From: Promethearchaeota archaeon | GTDB taxonomy: Archaea > Asgardarchaeota > Lokiarchaeia > Sigyniarchaeales > SOKP01 | Assembly (NCBI GenBank): GCA_019058015.1 | Contig: JAHLWH010000258.1 | Coordinates: forward strand, 2,191 to 66,190 | Reading direction: 5' to 3' | DNA: 64,000 bases | Shown: positions 10,001 to 19,800 of the stretch, in pieces | How the letters are laid out: the number at the start of each line of letters is the position of its first letter | How positions within the stretch are numbered: position 1 is the first letter of the stretch | Translations under genes and position numbers: made by a program | Notes under the pieces: generated by a model | Seen by the model: the letters and a program-made list of their open reading frames with translations, nothing else | The model's database searches: none | Told to the model about the DNA's origin: nothing

Positions 10001-10018
10001 AAGGGAAATTAAAAATAA
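10001..10018. repeat. Inverted repeat, tnpB 5'-side copy (AAGGGAAATTAAAAATAA)
   Basis: Read directly from the sequence. Exact reverse complement of 8665-8682. Confidence 0.9.
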
Positions 10019-10116
10019 TCTCAATGAATAAAATCCTAAAAATTAAAATGGTATAAGCTAATTTAATATTTCAGTGTTTTAATTTAATATATAGATATAA
10101 GAATTGAGAATTAATC

Positions 10117-10563
10117 ATGTCAGAAAAGAAGAAAGTTAAAATATCGACCGGCACAGAATTGGAATTTGATGCTAAAGAGCCGAAAAACCTCTATGAAGCG
10201 ATAATTTCCGAAGTTTTAATCCCTCAATATAAAAAAAATGCCGATTGGCATTTAACGCTGAAAATTGTTATAGATGAAATGAATCGATTGATAAAATACT
10301 GCGATTTACCTGTTAAATATAAATTAGGTCTTTTGAATGAAATTGAAAAACATTTAGATAAAGAAATTTCAGAATTAACTGGTGTAGATAAGATTGAGAT
10401 ATTGTTTTTAGATATGGACGACTATGTTGAAGATATTAAAAATTTAATAACATCGGATTTTTCGCAAGTGGACGAACGATTCAATATGGCTAATTTAATA
10501 AAGCCTTTAACCACATTTGAAATTGTAGAACTATTTATTTATTTGGGAAAAAGAGCTTTCTAA
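10117..10563 (+). CDS. hypothetical protein (148 aa)
   Basis: ORF only, with no recognisable motif. Confidence 0.45.
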   Translation: MSEKKKVKISTGTELEFDAKEPKNLYEAIISEVLIPQYKKNADWHLTLKIVIDEMNRLIKYCDLPVKYKLGLLNEIEKHLDKEISELTGVDKIEILFLDMDDYVEDIKNLITSDFSQVDERFNMANLIKPLTTFEIVELFIYLGKRAF

Positions 10564-10655
10564 AAGGAATAATTTTTAAGAATTTTTATCTTACAATCTA
10601 CTATTTTTTATTAGACTTAATTTTTTGCTTAATAGCAGTAAAAAAAAAGTATAAA

Positions 10656-11861
10656 ATGAATAATTCAAGCAATGTTTGTGACGTGTGTATCATTGGGGCT
10701 AGTATAGCAGGAAATTATTTAGCATATTTACTTTCAAGAAGTGGGTTAAATATTGCAATAATTGAAGAACACAAAGAAATTGGAATACCATTACAATGTG
10801 CAGGAATTATATCAAAAAAACTAACTCAATTGATAGATGTTCCTGAAGAGATCATCTTAAATCGAGTTAAAATAGCTAAGATTTTTAGTCCCTCTGGTGG
10901 ATCTATTGAATTATCTGGTGATGAAGAACCATATATTATCGATAGAGTAGCATTAGACCGACTATTTTATAAAAAAAACCAAATCAAACAAAATATTGAA
11001 TATTTTCTCGATGAGAAATTTAAAACCTTTCACTATTTTAAAGAAAATAATCAAAAACTAATTCAGATTGAAACATCAAAAAGAATAGTTTCAGCAAAAA
11101 TTCTAGTTGGATGTGATGGTCCAATATCAACTGTTGGAAAATTATTAGGTATTCAAAATAATACCATTTCTGCTATTCAAATTCGAATAAAAGGAAATTT
11201 TGATGAAAATAAAACAAATTTATATTTAGATCCTCAATGGAAGGAACTCTTTGGATGGATTGTTCCTGAAGGAAAAAATATATATCGAATTGGATTAGCT
11301 TCTTCAAGAAATATTTCGAAGAAATTTAAGATTTTTTTAAACCAATTAAATATAGATGTAAGAAATAAAATTTCTCAGCAAGGGGGTATTATTCCAATAG
11401 GTAAGATGAATAAAATGGCATTTGATAACATTCTTCTATTGGGAGATTCTGCATGCCAAGTTAAAGCTACTACAGGTGGAGGTATAGTAATGCTTTTAAA
11501 TGCATCTAAAATTGCTGCAACATGCATAATTAGATGTTTTAAAGAAAACTGTTTTTCTAAAAATTTCATAAAAAAGAATTATGAGAAAGTATGTGCTCGA
11601 ACTATTGGAAAGCAATTAAAGATCAATTATTTAATTAGAATTATATTTGAGAATTTTCATTCAGATGACTTTGATGATTTGTTTAAAATTATTAAAACTG
11701 CAAAAATTGAAAAAATAATTTCATTATATGGAGATATGGATTTTCCAAGGAGTTTAATTTTTAAATTAGCAAGAAATTTCACTTTTTTGAAATTCCTATT
11801 CCGAATTTTGAAAAAAAATCCAAATTTGATTTATCAAATTATTATAACATTGTTGTTTTAA
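10656..11861 (+). CDS. Geranylgeranyl reductase-family FAD-dependent oxidoreductase
   Basis: N-terminal dinucleotide fold CDVCIIGASIAGNYLA, GCDGPIS, and LLGDSACQVKATTGGGI (the GD-x-A...TGGG motif of GGR/digeranylgeranylglycerophospholipid reductases). Confidence 0.75.
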   Translation: MNNSSNVCDVCIIGASIAGNYLAYLLSRSGLNIAIIEEHKEIGIPLQCAGIISKKLTQLIDVPEEIILNRVKIAKIFSPSGGSIELSGDEEPYIIDRVALDRLFYKKNQIKQNIEYFLDEKFKTFHYFKENNQKLIQIETSKRIVSAKILVGCDGPISTVGKLLGIQNNTISAIQIRIKGNFDENKTNLYLDPQWKELFGWIVPEGKNIYRIGLASSRNISKKFKIFLNQLNIDVRNKISQQGGIIPIGKMNKMAFDNILLLGDSACQVKATTGGGIVMLLNASKIAATCIIRCFKENCFSKNFIKKNYEKVCARTIGKQLKINYLIRIIFENFHSDDFDDLFKIIKTAKIEKIISLYGDMDFPRSLIFKLARNFTFLKFLFRILKKNPNLIYQIIITLLF

Positions 11862-11996
11862 AAATTATTCAATAATTCCTCAATAAATTTATATTTTAAA
11901 GTGAAGTAGTCAAGAAATTGGACAAGCAATAGATATATAAAAATTTATATTAAAAAAGAGTGAATTATTAATAAAAAAAAATAAGATGTGTAATTT

Positions 11997-12860
11997 ATGG
12001 AAAAAAAAGAAGTATCGGAATGGAAAGATAGTTTCGCTAGAAAACTTGTAATCCCAATAATTTTGATCTGGATTGTATTAGCTATAATTTTTGGTTTCAC
12101 TGATCTCCAGATTTCTATAGGAATTGTAGATGAAAATTCAATCTGGGCTAAATTTATTGCAGATTATGGTGAATATCCTGGTTGGATAATGGTTTTTATA
12201 AGTATATATGTTCTTATTGGAAGTGTTGATAGATCAGGGAAAAGGAAATATATAATCTTCATTGCAACAATTATAATTGCGATTATTTTACTTTTATATA
12301 GAGTAATTGATGAGTTAGTCTCAGAAGGAAATCTAATAAATATTGGAATCTATGAATATTTTCTAATCCCTTCTTTCGGAATTGTTATAGGATTAATTTT
12401 ACATTTTGTTTTTAAAAAAATCCCCTCAGATAAATTTCAACCATATATAAAATTTGGACAAATAACACTGTTATTAGCTATAATAAATCCTTTGATTTTT
12501 ATTCAGATAGTCAAACTCCTCTGGGGAAGGGTAAGATTTAGAAATCTAACTCCCCCAGGTTATCCTGAGTTCACACCCTGGTTTATTCCTCAAGGATATA
12601 CAGGCAATCAATCATTTCCTTCAGGTCACACTGCTATGGGATTTATGTTATTACCATTAATTCTTTTAGTATTAGATAAAGAAAAAGTAATTAAATATCT
12701 AACTGTAATATTAGTTATCGCTTGGGGTATTATTGAAGCATTAGGTAGAATAGTAATAGGAGCCCATTATGCTTCTGACACTTTATTTTCAGCTGGAATG
12801 GCTGCGATTGTATTTCTCTTTTTATATAAAAAATATTATTTCTCTATGAAAAGCAATTAA
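11997..12860 (+). CDS. PAP2-family (type 2 phosphatidic-acid/undecaprenyl-PP) phosphatase, integral membrane
   Basis: Multiple hydrophobic segments. PAP2 signature KLLWGRVRF ... PSGHT ... GRIVIGAHYASD (K-x6-R / PSGH / R-x5-H-x3-D). Confidence 0.75.
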   Translation: MEKKEVSEWKDSFARKLVIPIILIWIVLAIIFGFTDLQISIGIVDENSIWAKFIADYGEYPGWIMVFISIYVLIGSVDRSGKRKYIIFIATIIIAIILLLYRVIDELVSEGNLINIGIYEYFLIPSFGIVIGLILHFVFKKIPSDKFQPYIKFGQITLLLAIINPLIFIQIVKLLWGRVRFRNLTPPGYPEFTPWFIPQGYTGNQSFPSGHTAMGFMLLPLILLVLDKEKVIKYLTVILVIAWGIIEALGRIVIGAHYASDTLFSAGMAAIVFLFLYKKYYFSMKSN

Positions 12861-12901
12861 AATATTTATTTTTTCATCTTTTTTCAATAATTTTTTTGGT
12901 A

Positions 12902-13921
12902 ATGAATAATTATACATTTTATATGGGTAAATCAGATTCAATGCGGTTTCGACCAGTTTCAAAAAAAATTCGATTAAAAATGGATAATAAACCGCGAACT
13001 CCTACAATTTTTACTTATCAAAAGGGGTACGTCAAAGACAAAATCGCGTTGAGATTTTTCAAAAAAGAAAACAAACAAGATACTGTATTTAAAACTTTAA
13101 TTTCATCAATTAAGGACTCTTGGAAATTGAAAAATGATCTTAGTATATGGAAAATAATTTGCGAACTTGGAGGCCAAGATCCCGAAAGTGCTCAGAAACA
13201 GCGTGAAGAATGTCTTATGCAAATTGTTTCTAGATACTTTAAAAAATTAAGTTATGAAATTGAAATTGAGCCCAGTTTAAATCAAAATACTCCGGATATG
13301 CTATTAACAAAAGGAAAGTATTCATGTTATATTGAACTTAAGGCCTATTTTAGTAAGACCGTTGTGGGAGAGCCTGAAATTGCACAGTTAACTAAATATT
13401 TCGCAATTGCAAGTAGCGATCCAGAATTATCCGCTAAAATTACAGCAGGTCAGATATATCCACCAAAATTTATGTTGATCCATACAGGTAATCTTATCCC
13501 ATTTAATAAAAATTCATTATTTACTGGAGAAATTAGAGAAATTCAATCTGAAGATAATAGAATTAAGTTTATTAAAAGAAAATATCGGGATCATCTCAAG
13601 AAGTTGGGTAGACCTAATAATATGGAAGGTTTTGATACGCGAAATATATACTATAATGCTTGGCGAAAGTTTAAGAAATATTATTCTGATCCTGATCCTA
13701 AGCCTAATATCCTACAATTAGAAAAACCAGTATCTTTAGATGAGTTAATTAAGAAAAGAAATAGCTCTAATGTAATATTGATTCCTTCTGAAATCTTTTC
13801 TCAAATACTGGCTCTCTCGAATTTGAAATATGAAAAAAAAATGTTCGAAAGAATTCAAAGTACTTGGATAGAACGTTTGATTTTTGATAAATCACTTCTT
13901 GATTTTAACCGATCTTCATAA
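12902..13921 (+). CDS. hypothetical protein with possible PD-(D/E)xK (Mrr-like restriction endonuclease) core
   Basis: QIVSRYFKKLSYEIEIEP...TPDMLLTKGKYSCYIELKAY fits a helix-strand ... D ... E-x-K nuclease core. The assignment is tentative. The ORF track starts at TTG 12896. Confidence 0.35.
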   Translation: MNNYTFYMGKSDSMRFRPVSKKIRLKMDNKPRTPTIFTYQKGYVKDKIALRFFKKENKQDTVFKTLISSIKDSWKLKNDLSIWKIICELGGQDPESAQKQREECLMQIVSRYFKKLSYEIEIEPSLNQNTPDMLLTKGKYSCYIELKAYFSKTVVGEPEIAQLTKYFAIASSDPELSAKITAGQIYPPKFMLIHTGNLIPFNKNSLFTGEIREIQSEDNRIKFIKRKYRDHLKKLGRPNNMEGFDTRNIYYNAWRKFKKYYSDPDPKPNILQLEKPVSLDELIKKRNSSNVILIPSEIFSQILALSNLKYEKKMFERIQSTWIERLIFDKSLLDFNRSS

Positions 13922-13963
13922 ATCAATAATAATTTCATTTTTTTTGAATTATTTTCATAGTAA

Positions 13964-14623
13964 TCATCGATTGCTTTCCATATAACCTTTAATATATTTT
14001 CTCACCTTTTCTGCTGAGGCAAAAACACCGAAATGCCCTTCACATAATATATCAGCATTTAAGTCCAATAATTTCTGCATTGATTTTTGATAATCCTCTA
14101 AATTCGAACCAAAACTTTCCATAAAGGGTCCATGAATATCCTGCCCAAAAAGAACTCCTTTATCTCCCAATTTCACATAAATAGAAATTGATCCTGGAGT
14201 ATGACCAGGAGTGTGTATACTTTTAAAAATATAATTCCCAACAGAAAAATCTTCTTCTACCGCTTTAATTCTCTTGAATAATTTAATTGGTTGATATCTT
14301 ATGCCATACCAAGGAGCTGCAGTTTTATTATCAAAGCCTTTATTTTCTATTGGTTCCGCATCTAATTCATGTGCGTAAAATTTTACATCTGGTGCAATCT
14401 TTAATAAATCACTACATGCTGCAATGTGATCAATGTGACAGTGTGTTAAAAAACAATGCTTTATATTTCTTGGCTTGAATCCCTCATTTTTAATTTTGTG
14501 AATCAAACCAATGTTCATTCCACAATCTATTAGAACTAAACCTCCTTCAGATCCTGAATTTACCATAAAAATTGAACAACCAGAATCACCAACATGATAT
14601 AAATTATTTATAATTTTCCTCAT
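13964..14623 (-). CDS. MBL-fold metallo-hydrolase
   Basis: HxHxDH motif (THCHIDH), a later TPGHTPGS, and a C-terminal EGHFG. The start overlaps the upstream gene's stop by 4 nt. Confidence 0.8.
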   Translation of the reverse strand: MRKIINNLYHVGDSGCSIFMVNSGSEGGLVLIDCGMNIGLIHKIKNEGFKPRNIKHCFLTHCHIDHIAACSDLLKIAPDVKFYAHELDAEPIENKGFDNKTAAPWYGIRYQPIKLFKRIKAVEEDFSVGNYIFKSIHTPGHTPGSISIYVKLGDKGVLFGQDIHGPFMESFGSNLEDYQKSMQKLLDLNADILCEGHFGVFASAEKVRKYIKGYMESNR

Positions 14624-16542
14624 GATTCGAAATCATTTTTAAAAATTCTAATTTTTTTTTCAGAATAATTTCCAATTTTTTTTAAAAATTCGATAGTTAT
14701 TGGATATCGTGCCAAATCTGCATATGGTAAATAATGAGAATTTAAGAAAACATTTTGAAAATTAGGTTGAACTGCTAATTCAATATACTCAATTCTTTTA
14801 GAGATCTCCTCGGCTAGCTTCCTCATTGTTTTTGAAACTAAACACATTCGAGAGCCAGTACCAGCAGCATTTCCTATTCTTTTTACTTTATCAAGAGAAA
14901 TCTCTGGGTAAATCCCTATCATCCTTGCATTTTCTATATCAATATGCGTCCCAAATGCTCCTGCAATAAACAAATTATCAATATCATCACCCTTTACCCC
15001 GAATTTTTGCATCAATATTTCAGTTCCAGTATGCATTGCTGCTTTTGCTAAAATTATTTCTCCAATATCTTTTTGACATATGGTTATATCTCTCTTTGAG
15101 AAAGAATCTCTTCCCCATACAAGTACATACTCATATCCATTATCACCTTGTCTTATTCTATCTGATTCAAGATTCTTATTTATTTTTCCTCTTAAATCGA
15201 TTATTTTTGTTTTTAGCATTTCTGCAGGAATATCGACAATTGCTGAGCCACAAATGCCTCGAGGTTTGGCATTATCAATTGTATAATAAGTAGGTTCTAA
15301 TGTTTCAGGATTAATCTTTATTTTTTCAATTGCACCATTTGCAGCACGCATACCAAACTTAATATGTGCCCCTTCAAAAGCGGGACCTGAAGCACAAGCA
15401 CAAGCTAAAATACGTTCTTTATTACCAAGAACTACTTCAGTGTTTGTACCTATATCTAAAGCCATACATAATTCATCACGCTTATATATTTCAGAGGCTA
15501 GTATCACGCCGATTGTATCAGCACCTACAAAGCCTGCTACAACGGGAAGTGTATAAATTTTTCCGAATCTATTAATATTCATTCCAATTTTATTATTTTT
15601 AACACTTAAACCATTTCTTATAACCGGGACATAGGGGGAATAACCTAATTGCTTTGCATCTAAGTTTAGGAAAAGATGATGCATACAAGTATTTCCAACT
15701 GCTGTCATCTCATAAATATTTTCTAAATCAATTGAAACTCTGTTAGTTAAATCAATCAAAAGTTCATTGAGTCCCTCAATAACAACATCATGCATTTGTT
15801 GAGGATCTTTATATGCAATTCTTGAAATTACATCCTCTCCAAAGCGAATTTGTGGGTTCATCAAACCTCCAGCTGCTAAAACTTCTCCATTAATTAAATC
15901 TATGAGATAACCAGCTAATTTAGTTGTTCCTATATCTACAGAATAACCAAATATTTTTTCAGTAGTATCTCCTGGTTCTATTGTTATAATTTCTGAATTA
16001 TTCCAAATGCACACGGTAAATTTATAATTATCTTCTCGAATTACCGTGCCAAGGGATTTTAATGCATTAAAATTAAATTTTAATTTTGAAATTCCAAATT
16101 TTTTTAGAATATAATCATTTAAACGATCAATATCTGATTTGGGTTCATCTAATGAAGGTTTTTTAAGCTGTATAAATAATTTTTTTATTAACGGTTCTAC
16201 TTTTACCGGTGCTTTAATCCCTTCAATTTGCAATTTTTGTTTTCCAGTTCGACTTGCTTCAGGAATTCTTATTATTAAATTATTAAATACTCTAATTCGA
16301 CAAGCTAATCGATAATTTTCATCAATCTGATCTTTTGTTAAAAATTCTTTCTCTTTTTCTGTTAAGGATTCTTTTATTTCTCCCTTTTCAATGATAATTT
16401 TGCATTTTCCACATATTCCTTTACCACCACAAAGAGAAACAAGATCAATCCCGGTTAAATTAATTGCTTCAAGAACCGAAATTCCTTGTTCTACATTAAT
16501 TCTCCTTCCATCAGGTTGAAAACGTATTTCAAATTGTGTCAT
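14620..16542 (-). CDS. 2Fe-2S ferredoxin-ASKHA fusion (RACo-like reductive activator of corrinoid proteins / DUF4445)
   Basis: N-terminal plant-type ferredoxin motif SLCGGKGICGKCK...ACR. The remainder has ASKHA (sugar-kinase/actin-fold) phosphate motifs (SVDIGTTK, ALDIGTNTE). The 640-aa size is typical of RACo/AcsV-type proteins. Confidence 0.7.
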   Translation of the reverse strand: MTQFEIRFQPDGRRINVEQGISVLEAINLTGIDLVSLCGGKGICGKCKIIIEKGEIKESLTEKEKEFLTKDQIDENYRLACRIRVFNNLIIRIPEASRTGKQKLQIEGIKAPVKVEPLIKKLFIQLKKPSLDEPKSDIDRLNDYILKKFGISKLKFNFNALKSLGTVIREDNYKFTVCIWNNSEIITIEPGDTTEKIFGYSVDIGTTKLAGYLIDLINGEVLAAGGLMNPQIRFGEDVISRIAYKDPQQMHDVVIEGLNELLIDLTNRVSIDLENIYEMTAVGNTCMHHLFLNLDAKQLGYSPYVPVIRNGLSVKNNKIGMNINRFGKIYTLPVVAGFVGADTIGVILASEIYKRDELCMALDIGTNTEVVLGNKERILACACASGPAFEGAHIKFGMRAANGAIEKIKINPETLEPTYYTIDNAKPRGICGSAIVDIPAEMLKTKIIDLRGKINKNLESDRIRQGDNGYEYVLVWGRDSFSKRDITICQKDIGEIILAKAAMHTGTEILMQKFGVKGDDIDNLFIAGAFGTHIDIENARMIGIYPEISLDKVKRIGNAAGTGSRMCLVSKTMRKLAEEISKRIEYIELAVQPNFQNVFLNSHYLPYADLARYPITIEFLKKIGNYSEKKIRIFKNDFES

Positions 16543-16825
16543 TTTGAATAATCTACTTTTTTAAGTGAAATAATAAAATGAAAAATATAATTAAATTCAT
16601 TTGTATTGAAATAAAATCGTTTTTATTTAAATTAATTCTCTAAAAAATCTTGAGAATTCTTGTACAATTAAATTTTTTTCTATATCAAATGCAGGTTCGT
16701 GTTCCATATTATCAATAATTAAAAAATTAACCCATAATCAATACCTAAATTACAAATTACTTTTTAATATTATCTTATCTTATAAAATTTTACCCCATTA
16801 TTGCAAGTTAAGCGAGTGAGAGGTG

Positions 16826-19800
16826 TTACCTTGTGCTCTGGATAAATCTTCTTTCCTTATTCTGTTCTTTTTCCCATTTTTTACGTTCTGAACGCAAACT
16901 AAAGAGATCGATATCCTTATAGATTAAGTTTTCTTCCTTTGATTGTATCATTCTATCAACTCGTTCCTTTTCTGGCGTGTATATGAGAGAATCGCCGAAT
17001 TCTGCAACGTTAGCGAAGAAACAGTAGGCATAGATAGATCTGCGAGCATCAAAATGTGCTGCCTTGAAATCAGCCGTTACTGGGGTAAAAGCTGGGTTAA
17101 GAATTATATCCACCGGTGGCTCAAAATTCTTTAACTCTACCCTAAGGTCCATATCTAGGAAGTCTCGGCATATAATGATCGCGATTCTCCCAAACTCTGT
17201 ATTGCAGATGATTGTTTTTCGAGGCGTGATTCCAACATCTATTCCTTCCTTGAATCTCTTGCCCTCAAGGTGTATAATAGCTGGGATGTGTTTCTCTTGC
17301 TCCCAGAGAATGCCGTTAGGTCCTATTACTACGCTGAGATTTCGTTTTGTTTCTTGATCGTGATAAGATCCTGGAATTATATACATCTCATAAGTTTTGG
17401 CAAGATTGGATATATCTTTTAGTAATTCTCCGTAGTTGAGGTCAATAGTCATTTCTGGGAAAAGTAAAATGTTAATTCCTTTTGTGTTGGCGATCTCAAT
17501 CATGTTTTTGACATTAGATCTTATGATTTCAACTTTATCCTCTCGAAGGCTGAGAAGACCTGCAACTTTTTCTTCATATAACTCGCGTAGGATATCACTT
17601 GTATTAGATAGACCTATTTGGGCAATACCAACTCTGCATTCCCGCCTCTGGATTCTTGGATACTCTTCGAGCAAGTTCCTGTAGATAAGTTTGTATTTCT
17701 TTTTTGCCGTTCTTTCTTCTAGAACTATTGTTGATTCCTCGGTAAGCTTATATATTTCGCTCATTTTTGGAGATAGGCTAGTTTCTAGGGGACATGCAGG
17801 AGCAACAATGCCCACAGTACTCCCAGTGATGGAAGGTGTTTTTATGGTGTTTAAAGCTGATACAAGAATCATTTCTTCTTTCTCTAGCATGATAAGGTGT
17901 TCTAGGATTTCTTTTTCCTTGTATTTATAGCCCGCCTTACCGAAAAGTTCTGATGCTGATTTAAAAATATTAACCACAACTTCTAGAAGCCTTTTCTTTT
18001 CATCGAGCTCCTTCTCCTCATCTACCTTGATTAAATGCCATGTCGCGTCAAAATAGGCTGAAGTAGCCAGTGTCCAGTCAGCCTCTCCTTCAAAACCACC
18101 CTTGCGATATGATACAGCAGCATTTCTAAGATTCCCCTTGATTTTAGGATATAATTGTGCCTTTTTTTTCGTTTCAGATGATTTGTCAAATTTAGTTCCG
18201 TGTTCGAGGGCTTTGCAATAAGCAGAATTACCTGAAACTAATAGCTTCATTTTACTATCGGCGAAAAGCATACTTGCTTTTGTAAATAGATTTGCTGCTT
18301 CTAAGAATCTATCGGGATCTTTATATTGTTCACCGAGTTCCATGCTTTCCCAAGCTTTACAGAGGTAATATATGGCCTCTAGTTCTTTTCGTTCTCTCTC
18401 GATTTTAAAAAAAAAGCAAATATCTCTAAATTGAGATGCTGCGTCTGTAAATTTTTCTGCAGCAGCAACATGTTCGCCATTTTTTGCTAGTATTCTTGCA
18501 TTTTCAACATTTCTCCTTGCGGAACAATAGTTGATTCTTACTTTTGCTAATTTCTTGAGTTTCTCTATTCTTTCTCCTTCACTTTTCTCTTTAGACTTCT
18601 TTAAGGCATTTTCCAGTATTTTTATAGAGTTGTTGAAATTCTTTATGGTTGTTTCAAATCTCTCTATGGCTTTTTGGTGCCTTTCCTGCTTACTGAAGTG
18701 TTCTGCCTCTTCCAATGAATTCCAAGCAAGGTAATATAGTGCTTCATAATTGTAACTAGGCAGTTTTTCCAAAATTTCGCATGCTTTTTGGTAGTTTTCC
18801 ATAGCTTCTAAGTGGTTTTCTCTTTTGTGATACGCCTTAGCTCTTTCAATTAGGCTCCAAGCACACGCATAGTCTATTTTCTCCTTAACTCTGTTTTTTA
18901 AAGGTTTATATTCGATGGTTTCCAACGATTCTATATGGGTTTCTTGAGCTTTCTTGTAATGTTCAGCAGAAGTGTTATGATTACCCAATCGATCTTCTAT
19001 ATGTGCGATGTATTCATGGGCAGCAGCTGCATAATAATAATACCCTTTTTCAACGCTATCATTGATTATACAGAGGAATAATTCTCTTGCCTTCAAGATT
19101 GCACTGGCATCCATAGAGATAATAGCGAGTTTTTGGTAGAGTGTTCCTAAACGAATTTGAGCGCCAATAATTCTGCCCCGAGACTCCATTTCATTCATAA
19201 TATATTTTTCAAGTGCATTTATTGTGATGGATAACATTTTGATTTTATCTTCTTTACCTATTGCAATATCCGCTAGAGTTTTGTAGGCTCTGTAGATTGA
19301 AGAATAACCAGCAGCTTTTGCATATCCACTTTCATATTTTTCTGAGATATTTTCTGCCATTTTTGCATACTGAAGCATTTTTTGAATATTTTCATCTTTT
19401 TCATCTTCCGATGTGGCTAAAATAACTAATTGCGAATATGTTGAGGTTAATATTTGATAAATCCATGCAGAATATGGTAAAAAAGAATTAGCTTTCAAAG
19501 ATTCATTAGCATATACAATTCCTTTTTCAGCAAAGGACTTTTTTAGGGTTGGATCAATAAAACTCCGTTGAGCAAAGTTTGTATAATAATTTGCAGGTAA
19601 AAGGTTCGCAAAAAAACCCGATTGGGAGTATAAATCTTGAAATATCCTACCTAATTCTATTATCTCACGAACATCTTTAAGTATTCTTCTTTGAATGTAT
19701 TTAAATCTCCCTCCTAATATGGCAAACCAATTTATCCAAAATAAGGAGTATATTATTAAACTTTTATTTTTCGTATTACTAGTAAAAATATAAGCTTTCT

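Larger units (their letters stand above)
8665..10018 (-). mobile_element. 1354-bp tnpB-only insertion element delimited by a perfect 18-bp terminal inverted repeat
   Basis: TTATTTTTAATTTCCCTT at 8665-8682 is the exact reverse complement of 10001-10018. Similarity continues inward (about 24/27). The only gene enclosed is tnpB, and there is no tnpA. Confidence 0.55.
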
